A stretch of DNA of 64,000 nt from positions 124,001-188,000 of the forward strand of contig NIVC01000319.1 in assembly GCA_002269645.1 (NCBI GenBank), read 5' to 3'. Shown piece after piece: positions 44,560-57,130 of the stretch. Numbering within the stretch: the first letter of the stretch is position 1; every line of letters starts with the position of its first letter. Under the pieces are notes generated by a model that had not been told where the DNA came from, ran no database searches, and saw only the letters and a list, made by a program, of their open reading frames with translations. The DNA is from Macrostomum lignano (taxonomy: Eukaryota). The position numbers and the translations under genes were made by a program.

Positions 44560-45660
44560 GAATCGCATTCCCTAGCAACCGTTGAGAATCGCATTCCCTA
44601 GCAACCGTGAAGAATCGCATTCCCTAGCAACCGTTAAGAATCGCATTCCCTAGCAACCGTTGAGAATCCCACTTCCTAGCAACCGTTAAGAATCGCATTC
44701 CCTAGCAACCGTGGAGAATCTCATTCCCTAGCAACCGTTGAGAATCTCATTCCCTAGCAACCGTTGAGAATCGCATTCCCTAGCAACCGTTGAGAATCGC
44801 ATTCCCTAGCAATCTTTGAGAATCGCATTCCCTAGCAACCGTGAAGAATCTCATTCCCTAGCAACCGTTGAGAATCGCATTCCCTAGCAACCGTTGAGAA
44901 TCGCATTCCCTAGCAACCGTTGAGAATCGCATTCCCTAGCAACCGTGAAGAATCGCATTCCCTAGCAACCGTTGAGAATCGCATTCCCTAGCAACCGTTG
45001 AGAATCGCATTCCCTAGCAACCGTTAAGAATCGCATTCCCTAGCAACCGTTGAGAATCGCATTCCCTAGCAATCTTTGAGAATCGCATTCCCTAGCAACC
45101 GTGAAGAATCTCATTCCCTAGCAACCGTCGAGAATCGCATTCTCTAGCAACCGTTGAGAATCGCATTCCCTAGCAACCGTTGAGAATCGCATTCCCTAGC
45201 AACCGTTGAGAATCGCATTCCCTAGCAACCGTGAAGAATCGCATTCCCTAGCAACCGTTAAGAATCGCATTCCCTAGCAACCGTTGAGAATCGCATTCCC
45301 TAGCAACCGTTGAGAATCGCATTCCCTAGCAACCGTTGAGAATCGCATTCCCTAGCAATCTTTGAGAATCGCATTCCCTAGCAACCGTGAAGAATCGCAT
45401 TCCTTAGCAACCGTTGAGAATCGCATTCCCTAGCAACCGTTGAGAATCGCATTCCCTAGCAACCGTTGAGAATCGCATTCCCTAGCAACCGTTGAGAATC
45501 GCATTCCCTAGCAACCGTAAAGAATCGCATTCCCTAGCAACCGTTAAGAATCGCATTCCCTAGCAATCTTTGAGAATCGCATTCCCTAGCAACCGTTGAG
45601 AATCGCATTCCCTAGCAACCGTTGAGAATCGCATTCCCTAGCAACCGTAAAGAATCGCAA
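44560..45660. repeat. 26-bp minisatellite (GAGAATCGCATTCCCTAGCAACCGTT)
   Basis: About 42 copies ending about 70 bp before the UBOX5 ATG. Confidence 0.96.
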
Positions 45661-45733
45661 TCCCCAGAAGTCACGCCAACCCCGCCCCCCACCGGCAGTT
45701 CCGAGCCAGCCTGCACCAACTGGCTGGCAGCCC

Positions 45734-47702
45734 ATGGACTTCCCGCCTCCGCCTCCACCGTCTTCTGCCTGCTTCTATGCCGCCCGTGCGTCCGATGACG
45801 GCGAGGCGGCCGACGATGACGACCTTGAGCGGCGTCGCCTGGTCGACCTGCTCGACCTGAACCCGACGGTGCTGTGCGACCGCGCTTTGCTCAACGCCGA
45901 GACGGCGCAGGCGGCTCTCGCGGTCGCCCGGCCGCAGCAGCGCCAGCTGGTGCCCTGCGGCTTCGTCAGCCCGCCGCTGCACGTCTTCGTCTGCCTGGAC
46001 CGCTGCGTGCGCCTCCGCCGCCTGGAGCTCCGGCCCGCCTACGCCCGGCACCGCCTGCGCTCCGCCCAGCTGCTCGGAGCCGCCGCCCAGTCCCAGCGCC
46101 TGACCGACATCATCGCCCGGCTGAAGTCCGGCGGCAGCGGCTGCAGCGACAGCCGGCAGCTGGCGGCGGAGCTCGACTCCTGCCCCGGCCTGGTCCGCCT
46201 GGCCAGCCTCCGCTTCCCCGCCGAGATGCGCCGCTGCCGCTTCGATGTGGCCCCGCCGGCCGGCGCCCGGGTTCGAGTCGCCGTCCTGAGAATCACCAGC
46301 GTGCAGCCCGGCTGCCTGCCGGCCTTCAGCGGCCTCCGCCTGCTGGCCGACCCGCCCGAGCCGCTGGCGGTGCCCGCCAGGGTCGCCGCTAAGCCACCGC
46401 CGCCGCTGCCGCTACAGTCTTTGATGTCGCCGCCGTTGCTTCCTCCGACGCTGTTGTCGCCGCCTTTGATGTCGCCCGTGCCGCTGCCGCCGCCGCCGAA
46501 CGTGACTTCGCCGTCCGCGTCGCGTTCGCCAACCCCGCCTGAGGAGTTCGTGGATCCCATCACCTGCGAGCTGATGCAGACTCCGGTGCTGCTGCCCTGC
46601 GGCAAGAGCATCGACCAGGCCACTCTGGCCCGCTGCCAGCAGACCGGTGACCCCTTCACGGGGCTGGCCTTCACGCAGGTTGGTTTGTTGCGTTGAGTAT
46701 GGGTGGCTGACAATGGCACTGTCTGACAATGTCTTTGATTAAGAATAGTCTTTTTGACAAATCAAAGTTTGAGATGAAATGTCAGACAGGAGACAGGGGA
46801 ACTTCTGACACAGCAGGAATGTCAGACAGAAGACAGTAGAACTTCTGACACAGCAGGAATGTCAGACAGAAGACAGTGGAACTTCTGACACAGCAGGAAT
46901 GTCAGACAGAAGACAGTGGAACTTCTGACACAGCAGGAATGTCAGACAGAAGACAGTGGAACTTCTGACACAGCAGGAATGTCAGACAGAAGATAAGGAA
47001 ACTTCTGACACAGCAGGAATGTCAGACAGAAGACAGGGGAACTTCTGACACAGCAGGAATGTCAGACAAAAGACAGGGGACTTCTGACACAGCAGGAATG
47101 TCAGACAGAAGACAGGGGAACGTCTGACACAGCAGGAATGTCAGACAAAAGACAGGGGAACTTCTGACACAGCAGGAATGTCAGACAAAAGACAGGGGAA
47201 CTTCTGACATAGCAGGAATGTCAGACAAAAGACAGGGGAACTTCTGACACAGCAGGAATGTCAGCTGTCAGCCCCCCCCCTCCGCCAGGACCGCCGCCCG
47301 GTGTTCAACTCCGCGCTGAAGCTCCGCCTTGACGACTTTCTCGCCCTCCGCCGGCGCAGGAAGCGGGCCGCCCAGACCGCCGCCGCCGAGACCGCCGCCG
47401 CCAGGGCCTCCGCCAAGCGGCGCCGCTGGTTCCTGCCGGCCGACCTGGACCCCTACAGCCAGCTGGCAGCCCTGCCGGAGTCCAGCTGCCAGCTGTGCAA
47501 CGCCAAGGACACCCGGCACGCCTGGTACCGCCTGCCCTGCTCCCGGGACCGCGTCATCTGCTACGCTTGCCGCATGTCCATCAGCGTCATGTCCTGCAAA
47601 CTGTGCTACTCCAGCCACACTCAGGCCGAGTTCCGCGCCAACAAGCTGCCCGTTGATGGCGCCGATGGCACCGGCGGCGACTGGCCGAACTGCTTCCGCT
47701 GA
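45734..47702 (+). CDS. UBOX5: U-box and RING domain E3 ligase (UBOX5/RNF37-like); exons 45734-46678 and 47289-47702
   Basis: U-box [41 protein letters not shown]|[18 protein letters not shown] and a C-terminal RING-like CQLC..YRLPC..ICYAC..CKLC; phase-0 intron with a polypyrimidine CCGCCAG acceptor. Confidence 0.88.
46780..47264. repeat. 40-bp minisatellite in the UBOX5 intron
   Basis: About 12 units, each containing the inverted pair TCTGACA/TGTCAGA. Confidence 0.95.
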
Positions 47703-47707
47703 TGCTG

Positions 47708-50090
47708 GATCTGCTTGAAATCTGACAAGATCTGATTGGAATCTGACAAGATCTGATTGGAATCTGACAGGAACTAATTGGAGTCTGACAGGATCTGATT
47801 GGAGTCTGACAGGATCTGATTGGAGTCTGACAGGATCTGATTAAAATCTGACAAGATCTGATTGGAATCTGACAGGATCTGATTGGAGTCTGACAGGATC
47901 TGATTAAAATCTGACAAGATCTGATTGGAATCTGACAGGATCTGCTAGAAATCTGACAGGATCTGCTAGAAATCTGACAGGACCTGCTTGAAATCTGACA
48001 AGATCTGCTAGAAATCTGACAGGATCTGCTTGAAATCTGACAAGATCTGATTGGAATCTGACAGGATCTGATTGGAATCTGACAGAATCTGATTGGAGTC
48101 TGACAGGAACTAATTGGAGTCTCACAGGATCTGCTTGGAGTCTGACATGATCTGATTGGAGTCTGACAGGATCTGATTAAAATCTGACAATATCTGATTG
48201 GAATCTGACAGGATCTGCTTGAAATCTGACAAGATCTGATTGGAATCTGACAAGATCTGATTGGAATCTGACAAGATCTGATTGGAATCTGACATGTCAG
48301 ATTTTGGAATCTGACAAGATCGGATTGGAATCTGACAGGAACTAATTGGAGTCTGACAGGATCTGCTTGGAGTCTGACATGATCTGATTGGAGTCTGACA
48401 GGATCTGCTTGAAATCTGACAAGATCTGATTGGAATCTGACAGGATCTGCTTGAAATCTGACAAGATCTGATTGGAATCTGACAGGAACTAATTGGAGTC
48501 TGACAGGATCTGATTGGAGTCTGACATGATCTGATTGGAATCTGACAAGATCTGATTGGAATCTGACAGGAACCAATTGGAGTCTGACAGGATCTGATTG
48601 GAGTCTGACAGGATCTGATTGGAGTCTGACAGGATCTGATTAAAATCTGACAAGATCTGATTGGAATCTGACAGGATCTGCTAGAAATCTGACAGGATCT
48701 GCTAGAAATCTGACAGGACCTGCTTGAAATCTGACAAGATCTGCTAGAAATCTGACAGGATCTGCTTGAAATCTGACAAGATCTGATTGGAATCTGACAG
48801 GATCTGATTGGAATCTGACAGAATCTGATTGGAGTCTGACAGGAACTAATTGGAGTCTCACAGGATCTGCTTGGAGTCTGACATGATCTGATTGGAGTCT
48901 GACAGGATCTGATTAAAATCTGACAATATCTGATTGGAATCTGACAGGATCTGCTTGAAATCTGACAAGATCTGATTGGAATCTGACAAGATCTGATTGG
49001 AATCTGACAAGATCTGATTGGAATCTGACATGTCAGATTTTGGAATCTGACAAGATCGGATTGGAATCTGCCATGTCAGATTTTGGAATCTGACAAGATC
49101 GGATTGGAATCTGACAGGAACTAATTGGAGTCTGACAGGATCTGATTGGAGTCTGACATGATCTGATTGGAATCTGACAGGAACTAATTGGAGTCTGACA
49201 GGATCTGATTGGAGTCTGACAGGATCTGATTGGAGTCTGACATGATCTGATTGGAGTCTGACAGGATCTGATTGGAGTCTGACATGATCTGATTGGAATC
49301 TGACAAGATCTGATTGGAATCTGACAGGAACCAATTGGAGTCTGACAGGATCTGATTGGAGTCTGACAGGATCTGATTGGAGTCTGACAGGATCTGATTA
49401 AAATCTGACAAGATCTGATTGGAATCTGACAGAATCTGCTAGAAATCTGACAGGATCTGCTAGAAATCTGACAGGACCTGCTTGAAATCTGACAAGATCT
49501 GCTAGAAATCTGACAGGATCTGCTTGAAATCTGACAAGATCTGATTGGAATCTGACAGGATCTGATTGGAATCTGACAGAATCTGATTGGAGTCTGACAG
49601 GAACTAATTGGAGTCTCACAGGATCTGCTTGGAGTCTGACATGATCCGATTGGAGTCTGACAGGATCTGATTAAAATCTGACAATATCTGATTGGAATCT
49701 GACAGGATCTGCTTGAAATCTGACAAGATCTGATTGGAATCTGACAAGATCTGATTGGAATCTGACAAGATCTGATTGGAATCTGACATGTCAGATTTTG
49801 GAATCTGACAAGATCGGATTGGAATCTGCCATGTCAGATTTTGGAATCTGACAAGATCGGATTGGAATCTGACAGGAACTAATTGGAGTCTGACAGGATC
49901 TGATTGGAGTCTGACATGATCTGATTGGAATCTGACAGGAACTAATTGGAGTCTGACAGGATCTGATTGGAGTCTGACAGGATCTGATTGGAGTCTGACA
50001 TGATCTGATTGGAGTCTGACATGATCTGATTGGAGTCTGACATGTCAGATATTGAAATCTGACAAGATCCTATCAGAATCCCTGAGACCT
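47708..50090. repeat. 21-bp minisatellite (GATCTGATTGGAATCTGACAA) with higher-order repeats
   Basis: Begins just after the UBOX5 stop; identical blocks recur at 47904, 48640 and 49398. Confidence 0.97.
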
Positions 50091-50544
50091 ATATTTATCC
50101 TAAACGTTGCTCTCAGCCTTATTCCTGTGTCTCCCCGCAGCCTTAGTTTATTAATTGCATGTACAACACAGGTGAAATTGCCGTTCTGTTTTAATTGCAA
50201 TTATTTCAAATCCTGTCTCGCTTTTCATTCGCGGCCGGCAGTTCAAAAGGGACGGCTCTGGGCCTGTCTGTCCATTTGCTTTTGGCCTTCTGTTCCGTAT
50301 GGTTCTTCTGCTTGAGACCAACTTCCACCTGTAAATCTGCGCTGCCTCTGCTTTGCTTGCTGTAATATTTCCCCATTAACACTTTTACAGAAATCTTCTT
50401 TTTCTGTTAGCCCAGTTTTTGAGGCTCTCTGATTTTACTTAAAATACACTGAATATGAGCACCTGGCCTTCCGGTCTGCGGAATTCGTTTTCCTCACCAA
50501 ATGAGCTTCTTGGCCGCTTTGCCTGTTTCTGTTTTTGCTTGTCG

Positions 50545-50875
50545 ATTACAGGTACAGGACAGATTACAGGTACAGGACAGATTACAGATACAGGACAGAT
50601 TACAGGTACAGGACAGATTACAGGTACAGGAAAGATTACAGGTACAGGAAAGATTACAGGTACAGGACAGATTACAGGTACAGGACAGATTACAGGTACA
50701 GGACAGATTACAGGTACAGGACAGATGACAGATACAGGACAGATTACAGGTACAGGACAGATTACAGGTACAGGACAGATGACAGGTACAGGACATATTA
50801 CAGGTACAGGACAGATTACAGGTACAGGACATATTACAGGTACAGGACAGATTACAGGTACAAGACATTACAGGT
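50545..50875. repeat. 18-bp minisatellite (GATTACAGGTACAGGACA)
   Basis: About 18 copies. Confidence 0.95.
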
Positions 50876-51242
50876 GCACGACTTTCTAATCGTAGAATGG
50901 CTACTTTGAATCTGAGAAAATCTCTAGTTTTTTATTAGAATTTTATGCGCAGTAATAAGACTGACGAAAAACTTACTTTGTATTTACCAAAAGCTTAGTA
51001 TTTTTGCCCCGATATGGTGCGCATGACGAAATATTCGAGCTACAGTGCAAACTTTCGCATGTGGAAAATGTCTTGAAATAGAAAAAAATTACTGACGCTG
51101 TTAGCGATTTTTACTACCATTTATGCTTGGATGAGCATTGTTAACTGGCTAAGAGAGTCACCACACAATAATATGATGATAATTTCCTGACCTGACCATG
51201 CGCCGGAGCCGGAGGTCCCACAACTTCGCCGGTAGTCTGCGA

Positions 51243-52165
51243 GGGAGATCCCAGCCCGTTTGCAGACTCCGAAGGAGATCCCAGCCCGCTTGCAGACTCC
51301 GAAGGAGATCCCAGCCCGCTTGCAGACTCCGAAGGAGATCCCAGCCCGCTTGCAGACTCCGAAGGAGATCCCAGCCCGCTTGCAGACTCCGAAGGAGATC
51401 CCAGCCCGCTTGCAGACTCCGAAGGAGATCCCAGCCCGCTTGCAGACTCCGAAGGAGATCCCAGCCCGCTTGCAGACTCCGAAGGAGATCCTAGCCCGTT
51501 TGCAGTCTCCGAAGGAGATCCCAGCCCGTTTGCAGACTCCGAAGGAGATCCCAGCCCGTTTGCAGACTCCGAAGGAGATCCCAGCCCGTTTGCAGACTCC
51601 GAAGGAGATCCCAGCCCGTTTGCAGACTCCGAAGGAGATCCCAGCCCGCTTGCAGACTCCGAAGGAGATCCCAGCCCGCTTGCAGACTCCGAAGGAGATC
51701 CCAGCCCGCTTGCAGACTCCGAAGGAGATCCCAGCCCGCTTGCAGACTCCGAAGGAGATCCTAGCCCGTTTGCAGTCTCCGAAGGAGATCCCAGCCCGTT
51801 TGCAGACTCCGAAGGAGATCCCAGCCCGTTTGCAGACTCCGAAGGAGATCCCAGCCCGTTTGCAGACTCCGAAGGATTAGAGCAACTGGGATTAAAACAG
51901 CTGGGATTAAAGCAGCTGGGATTAAAGCAACTGGGATTAAAGCAACTGGGATTAAAGCAACTGGGATTAAAGCAACTGGGATTAAAGCAACTGGGATTAA
52001 AGCAACTGGGATTAAAGCAACTGGGATTAAAACAACTGGGATTAAAGCAACTGGAATTAAAGCAACTAGGATTAAAGCAACTGGGATTAAAGCAACTAGG
52101 ATTAAAGCAACTGGGATTAAAGCAACTAGAATTAAAGCAACTGGGATTCAAGCAACTGGAATTAA
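51243..52165. repeat. Adjacent 30-bp (51243-51875) and 15-bp (about 51883-52165) minisatellites
   Basis: GAAGGAGATCCCAGCCCG(C/T)TTGCAGACTCC x about 21, then CTGGGATTAAAGCAA x about 19. Confidence 0.95.
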
Positions 52166-52673
52166 CTTTTAACCTTCACAGTTCAGAATCAGGTGTTGCG
52201 CAATCGTGCCCTTTTCGCTCTCGTGCCCCGCCACAACCCTTCCAGTCTGCCACACCCCTCTATTTTTCTCAATCAATAATCAATGCGTACGCTGATCGCG
52301 CTACTTCACGTCACCTTCCCCTTAAAGGTACCCTTTATTTGTTCTTAGAGTATTCAATATTCATGTATTCGTAGGTCAAATGACAAATATAAAAGAAAGT
52401 CGCTGTCTAGTGGGCAGTTGCCGCCTTGCTTATTTTGATCCTATCGTTGGCTACTTCAAAACAAACCCACCTGTCTACCACAACAAGTGCACGGCGAACT
52501 GCATCGGCTTTCGTGAGCTCCTGAGTTACTGTTCTTTTCCTACTTCTAGGGCGCGGGACGGGAGCTCCAACTGGGAACCTGGGGGGTCGCAGCTTCCCAA
52601 CTGGCTAGACTACAGGCGTCGCTCCGGAGGACGGGGCTCAAAACAGAGGTATCCAGTTTTTACCACCAGCCAT

Positions 52674-53457
52674 TCAGCGCACCAGATCGAGGAAGCTGCG
52701 GATCTCAGCCTCGGTCATTGTGTCGTTCATGACGGCCACCGCGTGCACCGTGTCCTTCAGCATTCGCGAATCGCCAAGTGAATAGCCCAGTTTCAGGCAG
52801 TTGCAGTTGGGAATGCTTGCTTTAGTATAAAAAGTTTCTCACAATCACCTGCCCTGGTGGCACGAAGCCTCCGTTGGAGAAAAATGTTCGGCTCGAGGGA
52901 GACGCCGACGTCAGGCCGACTTCCACGAACGAATTCGGGTCAAACGAATTCGTTTCCGGTGCGGTTTCATATGCAGAATAACTCAAAGCAACTCTGGAGC
53001 AGTACAGGCCTCTTGTAGTTGGCGTGCCGTCCCAGAAAACTGCTCCAATGCTCATGGTGGTGCTGTCGTAGCTCTCCAGAATTGCTGCTTCCTTGATCTT
53101 TCGCTTGAGCCTGACCAGCCACGTGAGTCTCGCGAGTTCCACGTTCTCCAGCCTCATCTTGGACGACACTCCGTCGAGCTTGGCTCCCTCGCTGCTCCAC
53201 TCCACATTCTCCGACATCCACTGCTGCGTCTGGCCGCACACCAAGTTGCTCCTGCTGGCGTCCACATCGTCGCTCATCACCCAGGCGGCCCTCAGCTTCG
53301 AGCCCACACCCAGCATGAGCTTCCTGCTCAAGGTGAGGAACTTGGCGGCTCTGTCATTGGCGAATGCGGCACAGCGGCGGGGCTGCGAGCTCTCTGCAGC
53401 AGCGAGTCCATCGATGAGGTGGCACACTGCGGTGTATTGGAAGAGCGAGCACTGGCG
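52674..53457 (-). pseudogene. 5'-truncated paralog of the 58.8-59.8 kb gene
   Basis: RQCSLFQYTAVCHLIDGLAAAE...SPSSR.FFSN.GFVP, then a 1-nt insertion in a T run near 52830 and IPNCNCLKLG...MNDTMTEAEIRSFLDLVR*; homology stops where the DIRS-like element begins. Confidence 0.82.
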
Positions 53458-53459
53458 TA

Positions 53460-56400
53460 CGCGTGTCAGTGGAGGACCGCAGCCAGGGTCAGTACGGGAA
53501 CCTGGGTCTGGAAAGGGGCTCGAAGGGACCGAGCCCGTGAACCCTATCACCACACTATTATTCTTTGAAGGCTAACATTAACCAGGCCGATGCGCAGATC
53601 CAGAAAGAATTTCTGCCCGACTGGCATCAAGCCGCAGATTGTCACTGCCGTAGAGGCCATTCCCAAGCCTGGATCCGCCTCCGGTGCGACTCATTCACGA
53701 GTGCAGCCGGCCTGATGGACTCGCACTTGACGACTACTACTCGATGCCATCAAAGTTCCGTTTGACATCCGCTACGAACTCTTACATGTGTAAGGCTGAC
53801 CTGATCCAAGCCTACCGTTCATGCGGGATCCACACTGATGCTCAAATGCTCGCCGGCATCAAGTACTTACCTCCTGGTAGCCGCGAACCAGTCTACCTCA
53901 TAGACACTAGGCTTCCGTTCGGAGTAGCGGCTTCCGTCTGCTATTTCCAAAAGCTGAGCTCTGCCATCAGACTCCTGATGATCAAACGCGGTTTCTATAA
54001 CACGGAGGCCTATATTGATAATTTTTCCTTCTGCGGTTCCTTGTCTGAATGCAGGGACTTCTATTCGGAGCTCAAGAGTCTCGTTGTGCACCTCGGTTTT
54101 GAGATCAACGAAGAGAAGTGTGTGCCACCGACTCAGTGCATGGTTTTCTTGGGAATCAGATTCCACTCTGTGGCTGAAACAATTCTGCCAACAAATGAAA
54201 GTCGGAGAAGCTGCAACTGCTGCTGAAGGATTGCCTAGCGAAGCCGAGGCTTTCCAAGCGGATGCTGCAGAGGGTGATGAGGGACCTCATTGACGCTGCC
54301 GAGTCACTGAAACGCCCGAGTCATCGGGTCAAGATGAACACTCCACTGCACAGCTGCTTACTCTGGTGGAGCCTTGCGCTGGAAAGCCGTCGATCTGGGC
54401 CGATCTGGCAGCCAAACAAGCCCTGCCTCGCCATGGAGACAGATGCTTGTGGCCTGGGGGATGCTGCTATTCTCCAAGGTGCGAATGGTTGCCGGGACTG
54501 GCTCTACTTCAATTGGTCAGCTGTACTCAGACCGAGTACGATAATCTTCCTATTTATTACAAGGAAGCTGCGACTGTCCTTCTCTCAGTCCTCTGCTAGG
54601 GTAGCCAGCTTTTCGGCTATCGTATTGGCGTTTTCTGCGACGAGGCTGCGTGTGCTATTATGTGTAAAGAACCCATCATTCTCCAGCTACTGCAACAACT
54701 GGCTCTGCTCTGTGTTCAAAATGATCTCGATCTGGAAGGTGCTGCACGTCCCAAGAACCACTCCAGTTGTTGGCCGACCCGGGTTCCCGCTGTATAGCCG
54801 CAGTCAGCTTGTGAATTTTCTGCAGCCACTGACTCTGCCCCACCACCCGTCGCTTTCTCAATTTTCAAGTCGCCTCTCTATTGCGGCCGCCGGCCACGCC
54901 GGGCCCCAAGCCCGCCGCCTGCTGAGTCTCGCCTACGCTAGCAGCTCCAGGCGGTCACTGTCATCCGCCGCGGCGGTCGGCACCGATCCGGTCAACTCTA
55001 CCGTCGCCACGCCGCTCAACTACCTGGCGGAGCTGTGCTCCACTCGCCTTCGGTCACCCAGTAGCCTCTGAGTGCATCTCGGCGCAATTTCTGCTTTTCC
55101 GCGATCCGCCAGTGCGGTCGACATCATGAAGCATCCCCTGGTGCTCCTCCTGGTTCGCGGCTCCCTCAGCGGCGCCCCACGGCGAGCTCAGGCACTCTCA
55201 CCTGACGACCTGCTTCGCATCCGTCGCACCATTTACGAAGGCGACCCACGAGGCGTCGCATCCTGTGCGGCTGGTGGGCGATGTTGCGCGAATCCAGCCT
55301 GTTCCCCTAGTCAGCAGGATTGCAGGCGCTCCAACGAAAGGACCTGACAGCAGTGTCATCCGGCCTGGTTCTGAGCCTGAGGCACAGCAAAAACAATCAG
55401 TTCGGAGCCCGGGTGCAGCGCGTGCTGCTGCCGAAACTGTCCGGTGGCCACCCACTCTGCCCGACTGAACCCATGATGCCACACCTTCGTGTCAACGGCG
55501 TCTCGGCTCCGTCCACCCCGCTCTTCTCGGCGTCAAGCGGCCAAAACGGGTCAACCTGTCAGCTTCCTACTTCGGTGGCTTCCTCCGAAATTCCCTGCGC
55601 TGCGCTGGACTTCAGAGCTTTGGTGTGCTGCACAGCCTGCGAGCTGGGCTGGCAGAGGATGAGACCAAAGCTGTCGGTGACTGGCGCAGCGACGCGGTTC
55701 GGTGACACCTACCTGAAAGTGACTTATCTTTCAGAGCTGCCAAGAAGATGGCTCAGGCGGTGCAGCGCCTTTGCTAACTCAGCCACTTCGTGACTTTTCC
55801 GTGGGCTAAATTTCTCATTGCGCCCTCTGCCATTTTTTCAAAACTTTTTTTTTCTTCTGTCGGTTTCTATTGGTTTACCTTCCTTGATTGCCTTTGAAAT
55901 GTTTTTTTCCTTTTTTTAACCTTCGTAAACCTTCGTGCTCGGTGTTTTTTTGCTTCGTTCTCGTTTTGTCTGGTCTTTGTGTTCGGCATTGGACCTCGTT
56001 TGCGCCACCTGTGTTCTCACCAGCGTTGTTGGCTCTACGACCCAACCTCCCTCCGTACCCACCAATTCTAAAGTAAATCAGTGAGTTGGAATTCAGATTC
56101 ACAAAATCCCTAGGGAGCGAGTACATGAGGTGGGAGAGAGTACATGAGGTGGGAGAGAGTACATGAGGTGGGAGAGTACATGAGGTGGGAGAGAGTACAT
56201 GAGGTGGGAGAGAGTGCATGAGGTGGGAGAGTACATGAGGTGGGAGAGAGTACATGAGGTGGGAGAGAGTACATGAGGTGGGAGAGAGTGCATGAGGTGG
56301 GAGAGTACATGAGGTGGGAGAGTACATGAGGTGGGAGAGAGTGCATGAGGTCGGAGAGTGCATAAGGTGGGAGAGTACATGAGGTGGGAGAGTGCATTGT

Positions 56401-57130
56401 TGTATCCCTGCAGCCCCCGGCCCGGCAGTAGGGTGGTCCTACAGGGTACACTATCGAGTAAAAGCGGGTCCTTGCTTAGCCTGCGCGCGGGCGCTAGGGC
56501 GAGCACTTTTCCTGACAGTCTGGGGCGTCAGGACGCACCCACGCAGCCTTCCCACGCGTCGGGACGCAGTGGTGCGGGCCGCCTTCAGCGAGGCGTCGGG
56601 ACGCACTGGCTGGCGTAAAGGCGTAGGTACCTACGTTAGGTACCCTTCTGACGTCTCCCTCTAATCGAGCTGAGTCGGCGTCAGGACACACGGACACTCT
56701 GTCCCCCCCTAGGCAACCGAAAGAAGGAAGGCAGAATGTGCACTTACTCAGCTGGCGGCGGTCGCTCAGGCCAGTGCAGGTAGGTGGCCTTTGGTGTTGT
56801 GCTGTGCACTTTTACAGTGCCAGTGCACCTAGCCTCCCAGCGGGCTGAGTCACCCCTCAACTGTTTGCCTGCATTATTATTTGTTATTACCCCCCCCTTG
56901 CGTATGCCGCAGCCAGAGGCTTAAGTCGGTTTGGTTTTTTGGTTTTTGTTCGCTCGCCCCGCGTGGCGATTGGTCGCGGCCAGAGTACATGAGGTGGGAG
57001 AGAGTACATGAGGTTTGAGGGAGCACATGAGGTGGGAGAGAGTACATGAGGTGGGAGAGTGCATGAGGTGGGAGAGTACATGAGGTGGGAGAGAGTACAT
57101 GAGGTGGGAGAGAGTACATGAGGTGGGAAA
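53460..57130 (+). mobile_element. Degenerate tyrosine-recombinase retrotransposon (DIRS/Ngaro-like); ends approximate
   Basis: RT (RLIHECSRP, ADLIQAYR, RLPFG...S..YFQK, YIDNF, FLGI) at about 53650-54230; RNase H (ETDAC, IYYKEA, FCD) at about 54430-54760; recombinase-like pieces (KH..V..LVRG, L.LRHSK.NQFG, CPT) at about 55070-55790, all with frameshifts. Confidence 0.8.
56118..57128. repeat. Two arrays of a 17/19-bp unit (GAGAGTACATGAGGTGGGA) at 56118-56395 and 56983-57128
   Basis: The same unit in the same orientation on both sides of a GC-rich spacer of about 590 bp. Confidence 0.93.

Noticed and set aside
31395-47264. CRISPR-like appearance of the 23-43-bp repeats
   Set aside because: Units are contiguous without unique spacers, there are no cas genes, and the context is eukaryotic.
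50200-52151. Possible minus-strand gene with a coding (SPSESANGLG)n exon
   Set aside because: A weak donor exists at 51191, but the candidate downstream acceptors give immediate stops in the required phase; treated as non-coding repeat.
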